From contig CAVTWW010000014.1 of NCBI GenBank assembly GCA_963738495.1, forward strand, positions 296,091 through 360,090: a stretch of 64,000 nt of DNA, read 5' to 3'. The translations under genes and the position numbers were made by a program. How positions within the stretch are numbered: the stretch's first letter is position 1; every line of letters begins with the position of its first letter. This document shows, one piece after another, positions 1-9,498 of the stretch. The DNA comes from an uncultured Actinomycetota bacterium. GTDB taxonomy: Bacteria > Actinomycetota > Actinomycetes > Actinomycetales > Kineosporiaceae. The notes under the pieces were generated by a model. That model was not told the origin of the DNA, made no database searches, and worked only from the letters and a program-made list of their open reading frames with translations.

Positions 1-759
1 GCCCGCTTCACCGAGGGGCTGGTGGTCGAGCACGTGGGGCGGCCGATCCCCAGCGCCCCCCACGTCACCATGACCGTCGAGGCGCTGCGGGACGTCGGGG
101 TCGTGGTCGACGACGCCGACCACGAGGTGTGGCGGGTCGAGGCCGGCCGGATCGGCGCCCTCGACGTGCAGGTGGAGCCCGACCTGTCGAACGCGGCGCC
201 GTTCCTGGCGGCCGCCGCCCTGACCGGCGGCCAGGTCACGGTCCCGGACTGGCCGCAGTACACCACCCAGGCCGGCGACCGGCTGCGCGACCTGCTCGAC
301 GCCATGGGGTGCGACATCAGCCTCGACCGCAGCGGCCTGACCGTGCAGGGATCCGGCGAGCTGTACGGCGTGGACGCCGACCTGCGCGAGGCCGGCGAGC
401 TGACCCCGGTGGTCGCGGCGATGGCGGCGCTGGCGACCTCGCCGTCCCACCTGCGCGGGATCGCCCACCTGCGGGGCCACGAGACCGACCGCCTGGCCGC
501 CCTGGCCACCCAGATCAACCGGCTCGGCGGCGACGTCACCGAGACCGAGGACGGTCTGATGATCAACCCCAGGCCGCTGCACGGCGGCCGGTTCGCCACC
601 TACGACGACCACCGCATGGCCACCGCCGGCGCGGTGATCGGCCTGACGGTGGCGGGGGTGGAGGTCGAGAACATCGGCACCGTCGCCAAGACGCTGCCGC
701 AGTTCGTCGACCTGTGGGCCGGCATGCTCACCGCCGGCGCCGGTGCGGCGGTCGAGTGA
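1..759 (+). CDS. aroA: 3-phosphoshikimate 1-carboxyvinyltransferase (EPSP synthase), C-terminal ~250 aa; the 5' end lies upstream of the window
   Basis: ORF 22..759 translation (…[12 protein letters not shown]…[22 protein letters not shown]…[14 protein letters not shown]…) matches the EPSP synthase C-terminal domain. The frame is open back to position 1 and ends with TGA at 757-759. Confidence 0.9.
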   Translation, partial: ARFTEGLVVEHVGRPIPSAPHVTMTVEALRDVGVVVDDADHEVWRVEAGRIGALDVQVEPDLSNAAPFLAAAALTGGQVTVPDWPQYTTQAGDRLRDLLDAMGCDISLDRSGLTVQGSGELYGVDADLREAGELTPVVAAMAALATSPSHLRGIAHLRGHETDRLAALATQINRLGGDVTETEDGLMINPRPLHGGRFATYDDHRMATAGAVIGLTVAGVEVENIGTVAKTLPQFVDLWAGMLTAGAGAAVE

Positions 760-1856
760 GCCCTCCGCGGTCCAAGCGTCACCTGGACGAGTCCGACATC
801 AGGTCCCGGCCCAACCCGCGGGGCACCCGGCCGCGGACCAAGGACCGCCCCAAGCACGACGACGCCGTCGCCGGATGGGTGGTCACCGTCGACCGGGGCC
901 GCTACACCTGCCTGGTCGACGAGGGTGAGCCCGGCGAACGGGTGGTGACCGCGATGTCGGCCCGCGAGCTGGGTCGGGCCAAGATCCTCACCGGCGACCG
1001 GGTGGGCCTGGTGGGCGACACCTCGGGCGCCCCCGGGTCACTGGCCCGCGCGGTGCGCGTCGAGCCCCGCACCACCATGCTGCGCCGCAGCGCCGACGAC
1101 GTCGACCCCGTCGAGCGCGGCCTGGTCGCCAACGCCACGGTGCTGGCCGTGGTGACCGCCCTGGCCGACCCCGAGCCACGCCCCCGCATGATCGACCGCT
1201 GCCTGGTCGCCGCCTACGACGCCGGCATGACCCCGCTGCTGGTGCTGACCAAGGCCGACCTGGCCGACCCGGCGCCGTTCGTGGCCCAGTACGCGGCACT
1301 GGACGTGCCCTACGTGGTCACCCGCTCCTCCGGCGGCGCCGTCCCGGCTCGGGCCCAGGGCGACCTCACGCCGTTCGAGGCGGGCCGTGCCCAGCTGAGC
1401 GGCCTGGACGACGTGCGCGAACGGCTGACCGGCACCACCACGGTGCTCATCGGGCACTCGGGGGTGGGCAAGTCGACCCTGGTGAACGCCCTGGTGCCCG
1501 GCGCCGGACGGGCCACCGGCATCGTCAACGACGTCACCGGGCGGGGTCGGCACACCTCGACGTCCGCCTACGCCCTGCGGCTGCCCCAGGGGGGCTGGGT
1601 GATCGACACCCCGGGGGTGCGCTCGTTCGGGCTGGCCCACGTGCAGCCGGACCGCATCGTCACGGCGTTCCCCGACCTGGCGCCCGGGCTGGACGACTGC
1701 CCCCGCGGATGCACCCACGACGAGCCCGAGTGCGGGCTGGACGCGTACTGCGCCGGCGGCGGCGCCGGGCCGTCGGGCCCCGCACGGCTGGAGTCGCTGC
1801 GCCGGCTGCTGCGCTCGCGGGCCGGCACCACGGACGACGATCGTCCCGGCGAATAG
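756..1856 (+). CDS. rsgA: Ribosome small-subunit-dependent GTPase A (RsgA/EngC)
   Basis: GTG at 756 overlaps the aroA stop as GTGA. The translation has a circularly permuted GTPase with P-loop [15 protein letters not shown] and the C-terminal zinc finger [13 protein letters not shown] typical of RsgA. The upstream part of track ORF 129..1856 (129-755) is a shadow frame over aroA. Confidence 0.85.
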   Translation: MSPPRSKRHLDESDIRSRPNPRGTRPRTKDRPKHDDAVAGWVVTVDRGRYTCLVDEGEPGERVVTAMSARELGRAKILTGDRVGLVGDTSGAPGSLARAVRVEPRTTMLRRSADDVDPVERGLVANATVLAVVTALADPEPRPRMIDRCLVAAYDAGMTPLLVLTKADLADPAPFVAQYAALDVPYVVTRSSGGAVPARAQGDLTPFEAGRAQLSGLDDVRERLTGTTTVLIGHSGVGKSTLVNALVPGAGRATGIVNDVTGRGRHTSTSAYALRLPQGGWVIDTPGVRSFGLAHVQPDRIVTAFPDLAPGLDDCPRGCTHDEPECGLDAYCAGGGAGPSGPARLESLRRLLRSRAGTTDDDRPGE

Positions 1857-1915
1857 ATCCCGCCCGAACAGATCCCGCCGAACAGATCCCGCCGAACAGG
1901 TCCCGCCGAACAGGT
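1857..1915. repeat. Intergenic tandem repeat, 14-bp unit cagatcccgccgaa in about 4 copies with a/g variants
   Basis: Direct reading: atcccgcccgaa cagatcccgccgaa cagatcccgccgaa caggtcccgccgaa caggtcagccc. It lies between convergent rsgA and the DUF2231 gene. Confidence 0.8.
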
Positions 1916-2379
1916 CAGCCCTTGGTGTTCTGGATCAGGCTGCTCCAGACGGCATGGGCGCCGGTGTCCCCGACCACGACCGTGAGTGCGACGGTGGCCA
2001 CCGCCACCAGGACGGCGCCGACGACGGCCACCCGGCGCAGGGACTCCCGCCACTGGGTCACCGCGACCGCGAGCGCGGCGACCACGAGCAGCACCGCCAG
2101 CAGCACCAGCCGACCGCCCCACGCCGTGTGGGTAGCCAGACCGTCCGGCAACGTCGGCGACAGGGACTGCACCCGGGCCAGCAACCGCTCGCCGGTCTGC
2201 TTGGCGACGAACGCGGCCACCGCGACCACGGCGTCCAGGACGACGACCCACCAGGCCCGGGAGCGCCAGCGCGGCACCACCGCGACGACGACGGTCAGCA
2301 GGCACGCGATCGGCAGCAGCACGACCACCGCATGCACGGTCAAGGGGTGCAGGGGCAGTCCGCCGACGGTGTCGAACAC
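1915..2379 (-). CDS. DUF2231-family small integral membrane protein
   Basis: 154-aa ORF with 4 predicted TM helices and the LHPLTVHAVVVLLP motif typical of DUF2231. GTG start at 2379 is preceded by GGAGG at a 5-nt spacer. Confidence 0.7.
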   Translation of the reverse strand: MFDTVGGLPLHPLTVHAVVVLLPIACLLTVVVAVVPRWRSRAWWVVVLDAVVAVAAFVAKQTGERLLARVQSLSPTLPDGLATHTAWGGRLVLLAVLLVVAALAVAVTQWRESLRRVAVVGAVLVAVATVALTVVVGDTGAHAVWSSLIQNTKG

Positions 2380-2490
2380 AGTGGCCTCCAGGGGTGATCA
2401 GCAGCGATGCTACGGCCTTGCGCTCGGAACGCCGGAGCGGACCCTCAGGTTCACGGGCGGGCCGATCGACCGGGGCGATAGCGTGCCCGG

Positions 2491-3312
2491 GTGAGCCGCT
2501 ACGACGACGACCTGCGCCTGGCGCACGTGATTGCGGCCATGGTCGACGAGGTGACCATGTCGCGGTTCCTGGCGAACGACCTTCAGGTCGAGTCCAAGCC
2601 CGACCTCACTCCCGTCACCGACGCCGACCGTGCCGCCGAGGAGCTGATCCGCACCCAGCTGCGCCGGTCCCGGCCTCGGGACGCGATCATCGGCGAGGAG
2701 TTCGAGCCCACCGGCCACGGGTCGCGGCAATGGGTGATCGACCCCATCGACGGCACCAAGAACTTCGTGCGCGGGGTGCCGGTCTGGGCCACCCTGATCG
2801 CCCTGCTGGACGGCGGCGTCCCCGTGCTCGGGGTGGTGTCGGCCCCGGCCCTGAACCGCCGCTGGTGGGCCGCCACCGGCACCGGCGCCTGGACCGGGCG
2901 CAGTCTGTCGCAGGCCCGCCGCCTGCAGGTCTCGGCGGTCGAGACGCTCACCGACAGCTACCTCTCCTACTCCGAACCGGCCGAGTGGCGGCGCACCGGC
3001 CACGGTGCCGGGTTCGAGCGCCTGATCCGCTCGGTCTGGCGCACCAGGGCCTACGGCGACTTCTGGTCGTACATGCTGCTCGCCGAGGGCGCAGTGGACA
3101 TCGCCACCGAGCCCGAGCTGCAGCTCTACGACATGGCCGCGCTGGTGCCCGTCGTGGTCGAGGCCGGCGGCCGGTTCACCGGGCTGGACGGCGTCGACGG
3201 GTGCAGCTCGGGGTCGGCGGTGGCCACCAACGGGCCGTTGCACGAGGCGGTGCTCGAGGTGCTCGACGACGCGGACACCGACAGGAGCCACGGCGCCAGC
3301 AGCCCCGCGTAG
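2491..3312 (+). CDS. Inositol-monophosphatase-family phosphatase, probably the actinobacterial histidinol-phosphatase HisN
   Basis: 273-aa translation carries IMPase-family motifs (IGEEFEPTG…WVIDPIDGTKNFVRG, and WSYMLLAEGAVDIA as the counterpart of WDxAAG). GTG start. The C-terminal ~20 aa look low-complexity. Confidence 0.8.
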   Translation: MSRYDDDLRLAHVIAAMVDEVTMSRFLANDLQVESKPDLTPVTDADRAAEELIRTQLRRSRPRDAIIGEEFEPTGHGSRQWVIDPIDGTKNFVRGVPVWATLIALLDGGVPVLGVVSAPALNRRWWAATGTGAWTGRSLSQARRLQVSAVETLTDSYLSYSEPAEWRRTGHGAGFERLIRSVWRTRAYGDFWSYMLLAEGAVDIATEPELQLYDMAALVPVVVEAGGRFTGLDGVDGCSSGSAVATNGPLHEAVLEVLDDADTDRSHGASSPA

Positions 3313-3968
3313 AGGTCGAACCAGCCGTAGCCGCCGGCGGCCCCCGACGGGGGGTTGCCCTGGCCGATCACGCCCAGGACCGGATCGAGTGGCGCCCACG
3401 CCCAGGTGCCGAGCGCCGTCCCGGCCAGCTCGAGGGCACTGACCACCAGGAAGGCGCCGACGTACAGGCCGCGTTGCCGGCCCCAGGCCAGGAAGCCCAG
3501 CAGGCACAGCCCCCAGAACGCCCCGAGCACGTCGTGACGGGGGCCGGCGAGCGCCACCGCGGCCCAAGCGGTGCAGGCGAGTGCGACCCCGACGGCGAGG
3601 CCGGGCAGCCGGCGCACCACGAACGGCAGGTGGCCGATCCGCCAGGCCGCCAGGTAGACCAGGCCGTGGCCGGGCGGCACGAACAGCGGCACGGTGCCGA
3701 TCCGGTAGGTGTAGGCCTGCAGCAGCGGCGAGAACGTGTACTCCACGATCGTCGCCAGCACCACGACCACCGTGGTCTGCGCCCGGACCAGCGGGCTCTC
3801 GGTGCGCAGCGCCGAGAGCAGCACGGCCCAGGTGGCCAGGCCGAGCGTGAGCTGACGGAGCACCTCGGGGGTCGTGCCGGCGGGCAGCGGCAGCGCGTCG
3901 ACCACCAGCACCAGCCCGATCCAGGCCGGCACCGCGAGCAGCGGAACGGCCCTGCGCATCGGTGGCAT
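3126..3968 (-). CDS. Hypothetical polytopic membrane protein
   Basis: Track ORF 3126..4304 (-). I picked the internal ATG at 3968 (MPPMRRAVPLLAVPAWIGLVLVV…). There are at least 6 hydrophobic segments. The 3' end overlaps the hisN 3' end by ~187 bp (convergent), so the true C-terminus is uncertain. Confidence 0.5.
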   Translation of the reverse strand: MPPMRRAVPLLAVPAWIGLVLVVDALPLPAGTTPEVLRQLTLGLATWAVLLSALRTESPLVRAQTTVVVVLATIVEYTFSPLLQAYTYRIGTVPLFVPPGHGLVYLAAWRIGHLPFVVRRLPGLAVGVALACTAWAAVALAGPRHDVLGAFWGLCLLGFLAWGRQRGLYVGAFLVVSALELAGTALGTWAWAPLDPVLGVIGQGNPPSGAAGGYGWFDLYAGLLAPWLLSVSASSSTSSTASCNGPLVATADPELHPSTPSSPVNRPPASTTTGTSAAMS

Positions 3969-4242
3969 GCCGCCAGTCTCGCGGTCACCAGCCGGCCAGG
4001 ACGACCGGTTCACCACACCCCGGCCGGCACACGACCGGCCCACCAAACACCCATCGGCCGGGACGACGGCCCACCACCGCCCCTGAGAGTCGGGTATCGG
4101 TCCCCCGGCCACATCGACAGTCGACTCTCGTGACCCTTTTGGGCGTGTCGTGCGACGACACCCGACTGTCGATGCGCGACCTGAGCCGAATGTCGACTCT
4201 CGGGCGCTGGAGCCGGTCCTGTTCTCGGCGAAGGACGACCGG

Positions 4243-4626
4243 TCAGCTGGCGCGGGCCTCATGGGCCATGGGCTCGGCGGCCAGCTCGCGGGCGTTCGTC
4301 CCACGGACTTCCTGGTGGCGGGGGTCGAGTCGACGACGCGAATCCTCGGGCAGCGTCATCTCGACACAGCCGGGGCAGGCCGTGGTCTCCCGGGCGGAGA
4401 AGGCGCGCTCCCAGAAGACGGTCCAGCCGGCCATCACCTCACCGCACAGGGTGCGGCGGGTGCCGGCCCGCCAGGCGTGCTGGGTGCCGTAGGGCAGCCA
4501 GGTGAAGGCAGCGCGCGGGTCGGTGGTGCGCACCTTGTGCGTCGAGACGACGAAGGTCTCGTCGGCACGGAGTCGATGCGCCGAGCCGGTGGCCTGCGTC
4601 GGAACGGCGGTCAGGGTGAAGGTCAT
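4243..4626 (-). CDS. Hypothetical protein (127 aa) with a CGEV…CPGC cysteine pair
   Basis: Internal ATG at 4626 (MTFTLTAVPTQ…) is preceded by a perfect AGGAGG at a 6-nt spacer. The track ORF extends to 4695 but lacks an SD there. I recognise no family. Confidence 0.6.
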   Translation of the reverse strand: MTFTLTAVPTQATGSAHRLRADETFVVSTHKVRTTDPRAAFTWLPYGTQHAWRAGTRRTLCGEVMAGWTVFWERAFSARETTACPGCVEMTLPEDSRRRLDPRHQEVRGTNARELAAEPMAHEARAS

Positions 4627-4635
4627 GTCACTGCC

Positions 4636-4780
4636 TCCTGCCTCTGCCACACCCCGGGTCGTCGTCGACCCGAATCCTGTGGCACTGAGTGCCATTTCTA
4701 CGGCACTCGATGCAGACGTTCAAGGGGTTGCAGAGAATTGTTCGAACTGTTTCATCGCGGCCACGGCGTTCATCGCGGCT
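4636..4780 (-). promoter_or_regulatory. Putative promoter (-35 TTGAAC, 17 nt, -10 TAGAAAT) with an abutting palindrome TGGCACTGAGTGCCA; candidate TetR operator
   Basis: This is a locally AT-rich stretch, read on the minus strand upstream of the 4243..4626 gene. The 7-bp perfect inverted arms tggcact/agtgcca at ~4681-4695 sit immediately downstream of the -10-like hexamer. A TetR gene lies directly upstream on the same strand. Confidence 0.35.
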
Positions 4781-4910
4781 GGGGTGTGGACGACCTCGTG
4801 CCCACGGCCCCGTTGGACGACGTGACGGCGCCCTCAGTCCGACCGGCAGCACTCGGCGACGGATCACACGGTCCATGCTCGCCGACCGTCGGGGCACCCC
4901 GGCCGGGACG

Positions 4911-5627
4911 TCAGTCACCCAGGGGCTCGAACCGCGCCAGCACCCACGCGAAGGCGGCGTCCAGCCCGGGGTAGGGGTCGTCGGTACCGCCCCGGCGCAA
5001 CCAGGTGCGCAGCACGTGGTTGTGGGCCGCGACCACCGCGGCGGCCGCGGTGGCGGCGGCCAGGTCGACGTCGCCTGGCCCCGCTCCCCTCTCGCCCCCG
5101 CCTGAGCCCGAGCCCGCGACCGAGCCCGCGCCGCCGCCGGCCGAGCCCGAGCCCGAGCCCACGCCCCCGGGGGGCGCCGACAGCCGCAGGGACAGGTACC
5201 GGGCGAACAGCCGGGTGTACTGGGCGACGCTGGCGATCTCCCGGTCACGCAGGGCGGGCACCGAGCGCACCAGCCGGTAGCGCTGCACGGAGACCTCGGG
5301 GTGCTCGGCGTAGCTGCGAAAGATCATGCGGGCCCCGCTGCACACCGCCCGAACCGGGGGCAGGTCGTCGAGGGCGGCGAGGTGCGCGGCCAGCACCTGG
5401 GCGATCTGGTCGTGGTCGGCGAAGATCACGTCGTCCTTGGACGGGAAGTACCGGAAGAACGTACGACGAGCCACCCCGGCCCGCTCCGCGATCGCCTCGA
5501 CCGTGGTCTGCTCGTAGCCCTGGGCCAGGAACAGCTCGCGCCCGGCGTCCGCGATCCGCTGCCGCACCAGGGACGACCCCTGGTCGGGGCCGACCAGCTG
5601 GTCGAGTCGGGCGGGCGTGGAGGCCAT
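4911..5627 (-). CDS. TetR/AcrR-family transcriptional regulator
   Basis: The N-terminal HTH (GYEQTTVEAIAERAGVARRTFFRYFPSKDDV) is the TetR signature. It contains a Gly/Ser/Pro-rich insert (SAPPGGVGSGSGSAGGGAGSVAGSGSGGGERGAGPG) encoded by GAGCCC-type repeats at ~5090-5170. The start ATG is 9 nt after the helicase TAG. Confidence 0.85.
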   Translation of the reverse strand: MASTPARLDQLVGPDQGSSLVRQRIADAGRELFLAQGYEQTTVEAIAERAGVARRTFFRYFPSKDDVIFADHDQIAQVLAAHLAALDDLPPVRAVCSGARMIFRSYAEHPEVSVQRYRLVRSVPALRDREIASVAQYTRLFARYLSLRLSAPPGGVGSGSGSAGGGAGSVAGSGSGGGERGAGPGDVDLAAATAAAAVVAAHNHVLRTWLRRGGTDDPYPGLDAAFAWVLARFEPLGD

Positions 5628-5636
5628 GGCCTGACG

Positions 5637-8600
5637 CTAGCGGCCGGCGGGCTCCGCGCCGCCCGCCCCGCGCGTGAGCCCGGCCACGCCGGACCCGATT
5701 GCCCCCACCACCTCGACGGTTCCGGCGCCCTCGCCCCGCCCTGTTACCTCGGTTGTCGCGGCTGCCTCGGCTGCCTCGGCTGCCTCGGCTGCCTCGACCA
5801 GGGCGCACAGGGCGTTGACCGCGCGCAGCCGTTGCGGGTTCGAGACGGCGGCGTCCAGCAGGTGCGGGCTGCCGACGACCACCGCAAGCCCCCGGGCTCG
5901 TGAGACCGCCACGTTGAGCCGGTTGGGGCTGAGCACGAAGTCGAGCCCGCGGGGCGCATCGTCGGCCGACGAGGTCGCCAGGCTGAAGAGCACCACGGGG
6001 GCCTCCTGGCCCTGGCGGCGGTCGACCGTGCCCACCCGTACCCCGTCGACGTCGTCGTCACCGACCGCGACCCCCGCAGCCCGCAGCGCGGTGACCAGCA
6101 GGTGCACCTGCTGGTTGTAGGCCGCGAGCACCAGGACGTCGCTACCGATCAGCCGCCGGGTCCGACCCTCGGCATCGGTCCAGGTGCTGCCCGTCAGCAG
6201 CCGGGCCACCAGGTCGGCCACCGCCTCGGCCTCAGGCCGGCTCGCCGCGCCGCACCCGCTGTGCTCGACCGGCATCCAGCGCACGCCGTGGCCCGACCCG
6301 AGCACGGCGGGCGCCGGCGGCGGTCCCCGCCACCCGACCCGCTGGCGTCCGCAGTCGGGGTGGCTGGCCAACCGTTCGTCGTAGGCCAGCCACGAAACGT
6401 ATCCGGCGACGTCCGGGTGCATGCGCCGGGTGGTGTCGAGCAGCAGGCCGCGGTCGTCGGGCACGGTGCTCGCGCCGTCCAGCAGATGTTCGAGCGCACT
6501 GGCGCCGGCACCCGGCGGATGCTCGCCGACCACCGGCTGGGCCAGCTGCTGCGGATCGCCGAGCAGCATCAGGGAGCGGGCGGCGCTCGTCACGGCGACC
6601 ACGTTGGCCAGCGACAGCTGGCCGGCCTCGTCGACCACCAGCACGTCGAGCCTGTCGGCAAGTCCGGGGCGGGCGAACAGCCAGGCGGTGCCTGCCACGA
6701 TGTCGACGTCGCCGGCGGCCGCGCTCGCCTCGACGTCCTCGTTGGAGTCGGTGACCCTGACGTTCGGCAGCAGCTCGACCGTCTCGACGTCCGCCTTGCG
6801 CAGGATGCGGATCGTTCGGGCCTGCTGCCCGGCCTGGCGCACGACCTCGGCCACCAGGGTGCCGATCGCGGCGTGGCTGTAGGCACAGATGCCCACCCGG
6901 CGACCGGCGGCCACCAGGTCGAGGATCGCGGCGGCCCCGGCGTAGGTCTTGCCGGTACCGGGCGGCCCCTGCACCGGCAGCACCACGCCGTCGCCGTGCC
7001 GCGCCGGATCGGTGAGCTCCAGGCCCAGACGGCGCAGCGCCTGCTGGGCGTCCTCGCCGTCGCGACGCAGCGACCCCCCGAGTGGAGGACGGCGCAGCAG
7101 CAGGTCACGCGCCGCCCGCCACCCGGGCAGATCGGCGGTGATGCCGTGCTGCAGCACCCAGTCGGCCAGGTCCCACAACCGGCGCTGCAGCTCGTCGGTC
7201 GCCGGGGGGCCGGGGGGCACCAGCGCGGCCGCTGTCGGAGCCGGGGATGAGCTGGCCTTGGTCAGGGTGAGCCATCCCTCGTCAGCCCGGACGTCGATCA
7301 CCTGGCCGACGCCGGCGCCGGTGGCGGGGTCGGTCCAGCCCTTGGCCCGGGGCGCGATCACGGTCTCCTGCGGCGGGAAGGCCAGCCGGTAGATCGTCGA
7401 CCGTCGTACCGTGCCGACCGCGACCGGCGAGTGCAGGCCGGCCACCGCCTGCGGGTCGTTCAGCAGCGCCTCGGCGGTCGCCTCCTTGCGCCGGTACCAG
7501 TCCCCCCACTGCGGGACGGCCTCGCGCCGGTGCCAGTCGAGCAGCCGGGCCAGCAGCCAGGTGGCGCGCTCCCCCTCGGTGCCCACCGGCGCCCCCTGGT
7601 CGAGCGCCGCCGACACCGCCGGGTCGAGCGTGCCGAGCAGCCGGTCGACCAGGTCGCGGGTGCGCTGGACGGCGGCCGCCACCTTCTCGTTCGGGGAGCC
7701 GTCGCCGGGCACCGGCCGGGGATGGGCGAGGTCGCCGCCGCCGCGAGAACGCTGCTGCTCCAACCAGTCCCGCAACGCCTGCGTCGAGCGGCAGTCCTGC
7801 TCGTTGTAGTGCCGGATGTTCTCCAGGACGGCGTGGTCGCCGCTCTCGAGCCAGCGTTCGAACGCGACCACGCTGCCCATCGCGTCCGCCACGTCGTCGT
7901 CGGTACGACGGCCCGGCCAGAACCAGGGCTCCAGCTTCTTCAGCGCGTACGACTCGGTGCCCAGCTGCACCCCCTGCTTCACCACCGTGTAGAGGTCGAC
8001 CAGCCGCCCGCCGCGGGCCAGCATCGCCACCTCGGCGGTGCGGGTGTCGTACCTGCCGGCGAGCGCGTTCAGCCGGGTCGGCTCGTAGGGGGCGTAGTGG
8101 TAGACGTGCATGCCGGGATCGGCCGCCCAGGCTGCCATCAGGTGGTCCACGAGCCGCTCGAAGGCCTGCTTCTCCTCCTGTGGCGAGAGCGCCCAGAACC
8201 CTTCGAACTGGCCGCGGTGCACGACCCCGAACAGGTACTCCAGGCCTCGGTCGCCGACGAACGGGTCGCCCTCCATGTCGAAGAACACGTCACCCCGGCT
8301 GGGCTCGGGCAGCAGCGCGAGCCCGGCGCCGGGCTGCGGCGGCAGCAGCGCCACCTCGTCGTCGCCGGCTCGTCGTCCCATCTGGAGCCGGGCCTGCCGG
8401 TGGGCGCGGTCCCGGACGGCGTCGCTCAGCGGCAGCAGGCCCGGCTCGGCCACACCGGCCAGGTCGGCCACGGTGTGTACCCCTGCGGCCTCGAGCTGGG
8501 CGACGTGCCGGGTGCGCAGCCCGGCCACCAGGTGCAGCGAGTCCCGCTCACGCCACTGGTCGCGGCAGTGGGTGACCCAGCGACACTGGGCGCAGTGCGG

Positions 8601-9359
8601 GATCGGTGCAGGCAGCTCGGCCGGCAACGGCGGCGGCGCGGCGACCGCCGAGCCGGCGACCTCCCCGTCCGAGCCAACATTCAGGCCGTCGGCGGTGAGG
8701 CCGTCGGCGGTGAAGTCCAGCAGTCGCGAGCGCAGCCGGCGGGCGTAGGCGGCGACGTCCTGGTAGCGGTACGACAGCCGTCGGCCGTCACCGGCGATGA
8801 CCGTGAGCTGTTGCGGCGCAATGCCTTGCAGGTCGGTCAGGGCCTCACCGTAGCTGGCCATCTGCAGCAGGGCCGTGACACTCATGGCCCGGGCGAGCTT
8901 GGTGTCGGCCACGTCGTAGGACCAGGCCCAGCGACCCGGTCGGTCGCGCTTGAGCAGGAAGTCGGCGTGCCCGCGCCAGCGGCCGTCGAAGAACGTGGCC
9001 TGGTAGATGACGTCGGCGCCCTCGGCCATGGCCGCCTCGGTGGCCGCCTGCGCGGCCTGCAGCCGCGCCACCGTGCCGCGGGCGCCGCCCGGCCCGACCA
9101 CGGGGTCGACGTCGATCTCGACCAGCCGCCGGGCCTGGGCACGGAAGGCGTCGAGCTGGCGCTGCTCGTGCCCCAGTCCCCGGGCAAGCACGATGTCGAG
9201 GTCGGCGGCGGACGACGTGGGCGCCGGCAGCAACCCGTACGCCGCCTGGCGGTCGAGCAGCACCGCATGGCGGCACTGGGTGTAGCGGGTCAGGTCGGTG
9301 GCGCTCAGCACCAGGACCGAACCCGCCTCGGCATCACGGATCAGCTGCACGACCTGCAC
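5637..9359 (-). CDS. RecB-like nuclease (TM0106-type RNase-H-like core) fused to a superfamily-1 DNA helicase (Upf1/Dna2-like, AAA_11/AAA_12)
   Basis: 1240-aa uninterrupted ORF. The N-terminus has a Cys cluster (CAQCRWVTHC) and the FFDMEGDPFVGDRGLEYLFG…YHYAPYE motif. The C-terminal half has Walker A GPPGTGKT, motif II VVDEAGQ, GDPQQL, and motif VI NVAVSRAR. The extreme C-terminus has an EAAEAAEAAEAA repeat from a 9-bp tandem repeat at ~5757-5796. Confidence 0.9.
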   Translation of the reverse strand: MQVVQLIRDAEAGSVLVLSATDLTRYTQCRHAVLLDRQAAYGLLPAPTSSAADLDIVLARGLGHEQRQLDAFRAQARRLVEIDVDPVVGPGGARGTVARLQAAQAATEAAMAEGADVIYQATFFDGRWRGHADFLLKRDRPGRWAWSYDVADTKLARAMSVTALLQMASYGEALTDLQGIAPQQLTVIAGDGRRLSYRYQDVAAYARRLRSRLLDFTADGLTADGLNVGSDGEVAGSAVAAPPPLPAELPAPIPHCAQCRWVTHCRDQWRERDSLHLVAGLRTRHVAQLEAAGVHTVADLAGVAEPGLLPLSDAVRDRAHRQARLQMGRRAGDDEVALLPPQPGAGLALLPEPSRGDVFFDMEGDPFVGDRGLEYLFGVVHRGQFEGFWALSPQEEKQAFERLVDHLMAAWAADPGMHVYHYAPYEPTRLNALAGRYDTRTAEVAMLARGGRLVDLYTVVKQGVQLGTESYALKKLEPWFWPGRRTDDDVADAMGSVVAFERWLESGDHAVLENIRHYNEQDCRSTQALRDWLEQQRSRGGGDLAHPRPVPGDGSPNEKVAAAVQRTRDLVDRLLGTLDPAVSAALDQGAPVGTEGERATWLLARLLDWHRREAVPQWGDWYRRKEATAEALLNDPQAVAGLHSPVAVGTVRRSTIYRLAFPPQETVIAPRAKGWTDPATGAGVGQVIDVRADEGWLTLTKASSSPAPTAAALVPPGPPATDELQRRLWDLADWVLQHGITADLPGWRAARDLLLRRPPLGGSLRRDGEDAQQALRRLGLELTDPARHGDGVVLPVQGPPGTGKTYAGAAAILDLVAAGRRVGICAYSHAAIGTLVAEVVRQAGQQARTIRILRKADVETVELLPNVRVTDSNEDVEASAAAGDVDIVAGTAWLFARPGLADRLDVLVVDEAGQLSLANVVAVTSAARSLMLLGDPQQLAQPVVGEHPPGAGASALEHLLDGASTVPDDRGLLLDTTRRMHPDVAGYVSWLAYDERLASHPDCGRQRVGWRGPPPAPAVLGSGHGVRWMPVEHSGCGAASRPEAEAVADLVARLLTGSTWTDAEGRTRRLIGSDVLVLAAYNQQVHLLVTALRAAGVAVGDDDVDGVRVGTVDRRQGQEAPVVLFSLATSSADDAPRGLDFVLSPNRLNVAVSRARGLAVVVGSPHLLDAAVSNPQRLRAVNALCALVEAAEAAEAAEAAATTEVTGRGEGAGTVEVVGAIGSGVAGLTRGAGGAEPAGR

Positions 9360-9498
9360 GCTACCCGCGACCGCCGACAGCCCACCGATCGGCCGATGCG
9401 GCCGATCTCACCGCCCGGAACGACCGATTCGGTCGTACTCTCACTGAGGGGGCGATTGATCACCTTCGCCCGTGTCGCACGGCAGACCAGGAGGCATC

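Noticed and set aside
129-755. Upstream 209 codons of track ORF 129..1856, overlapping aroA
   Set aside because: Arg/Pro/Gly-rich shadow frame of high-GC DNA. The real rsgA starts at GTG 756, overlapping the aroA stop. The same applies to 600..857, 902..1189, 988..1299 and 1038..1718.
2394-4133. 579-aa plus-strand ORF spanning hisN and the downstream membrane-protein gene
   Set aside because: It is out of frame with the well-supported hisN, its composition is RPGRA-type, and it is antisense to the 3126..3968 gene. This is a typical GC-rich spurious frame.
4100-4242. Cluster of inverted repeats (catcgacagtcg…cgactgtcgatg; gtgtcgtgcgacgacac) downstream of the 4243..4626 gene, as an intrinsic terminator
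   Set aside because: The stems are short, have long loops and no U-tract on either strand. It is possibly a regulator site for the 3126..3968 gene, but there is not enough support to call.
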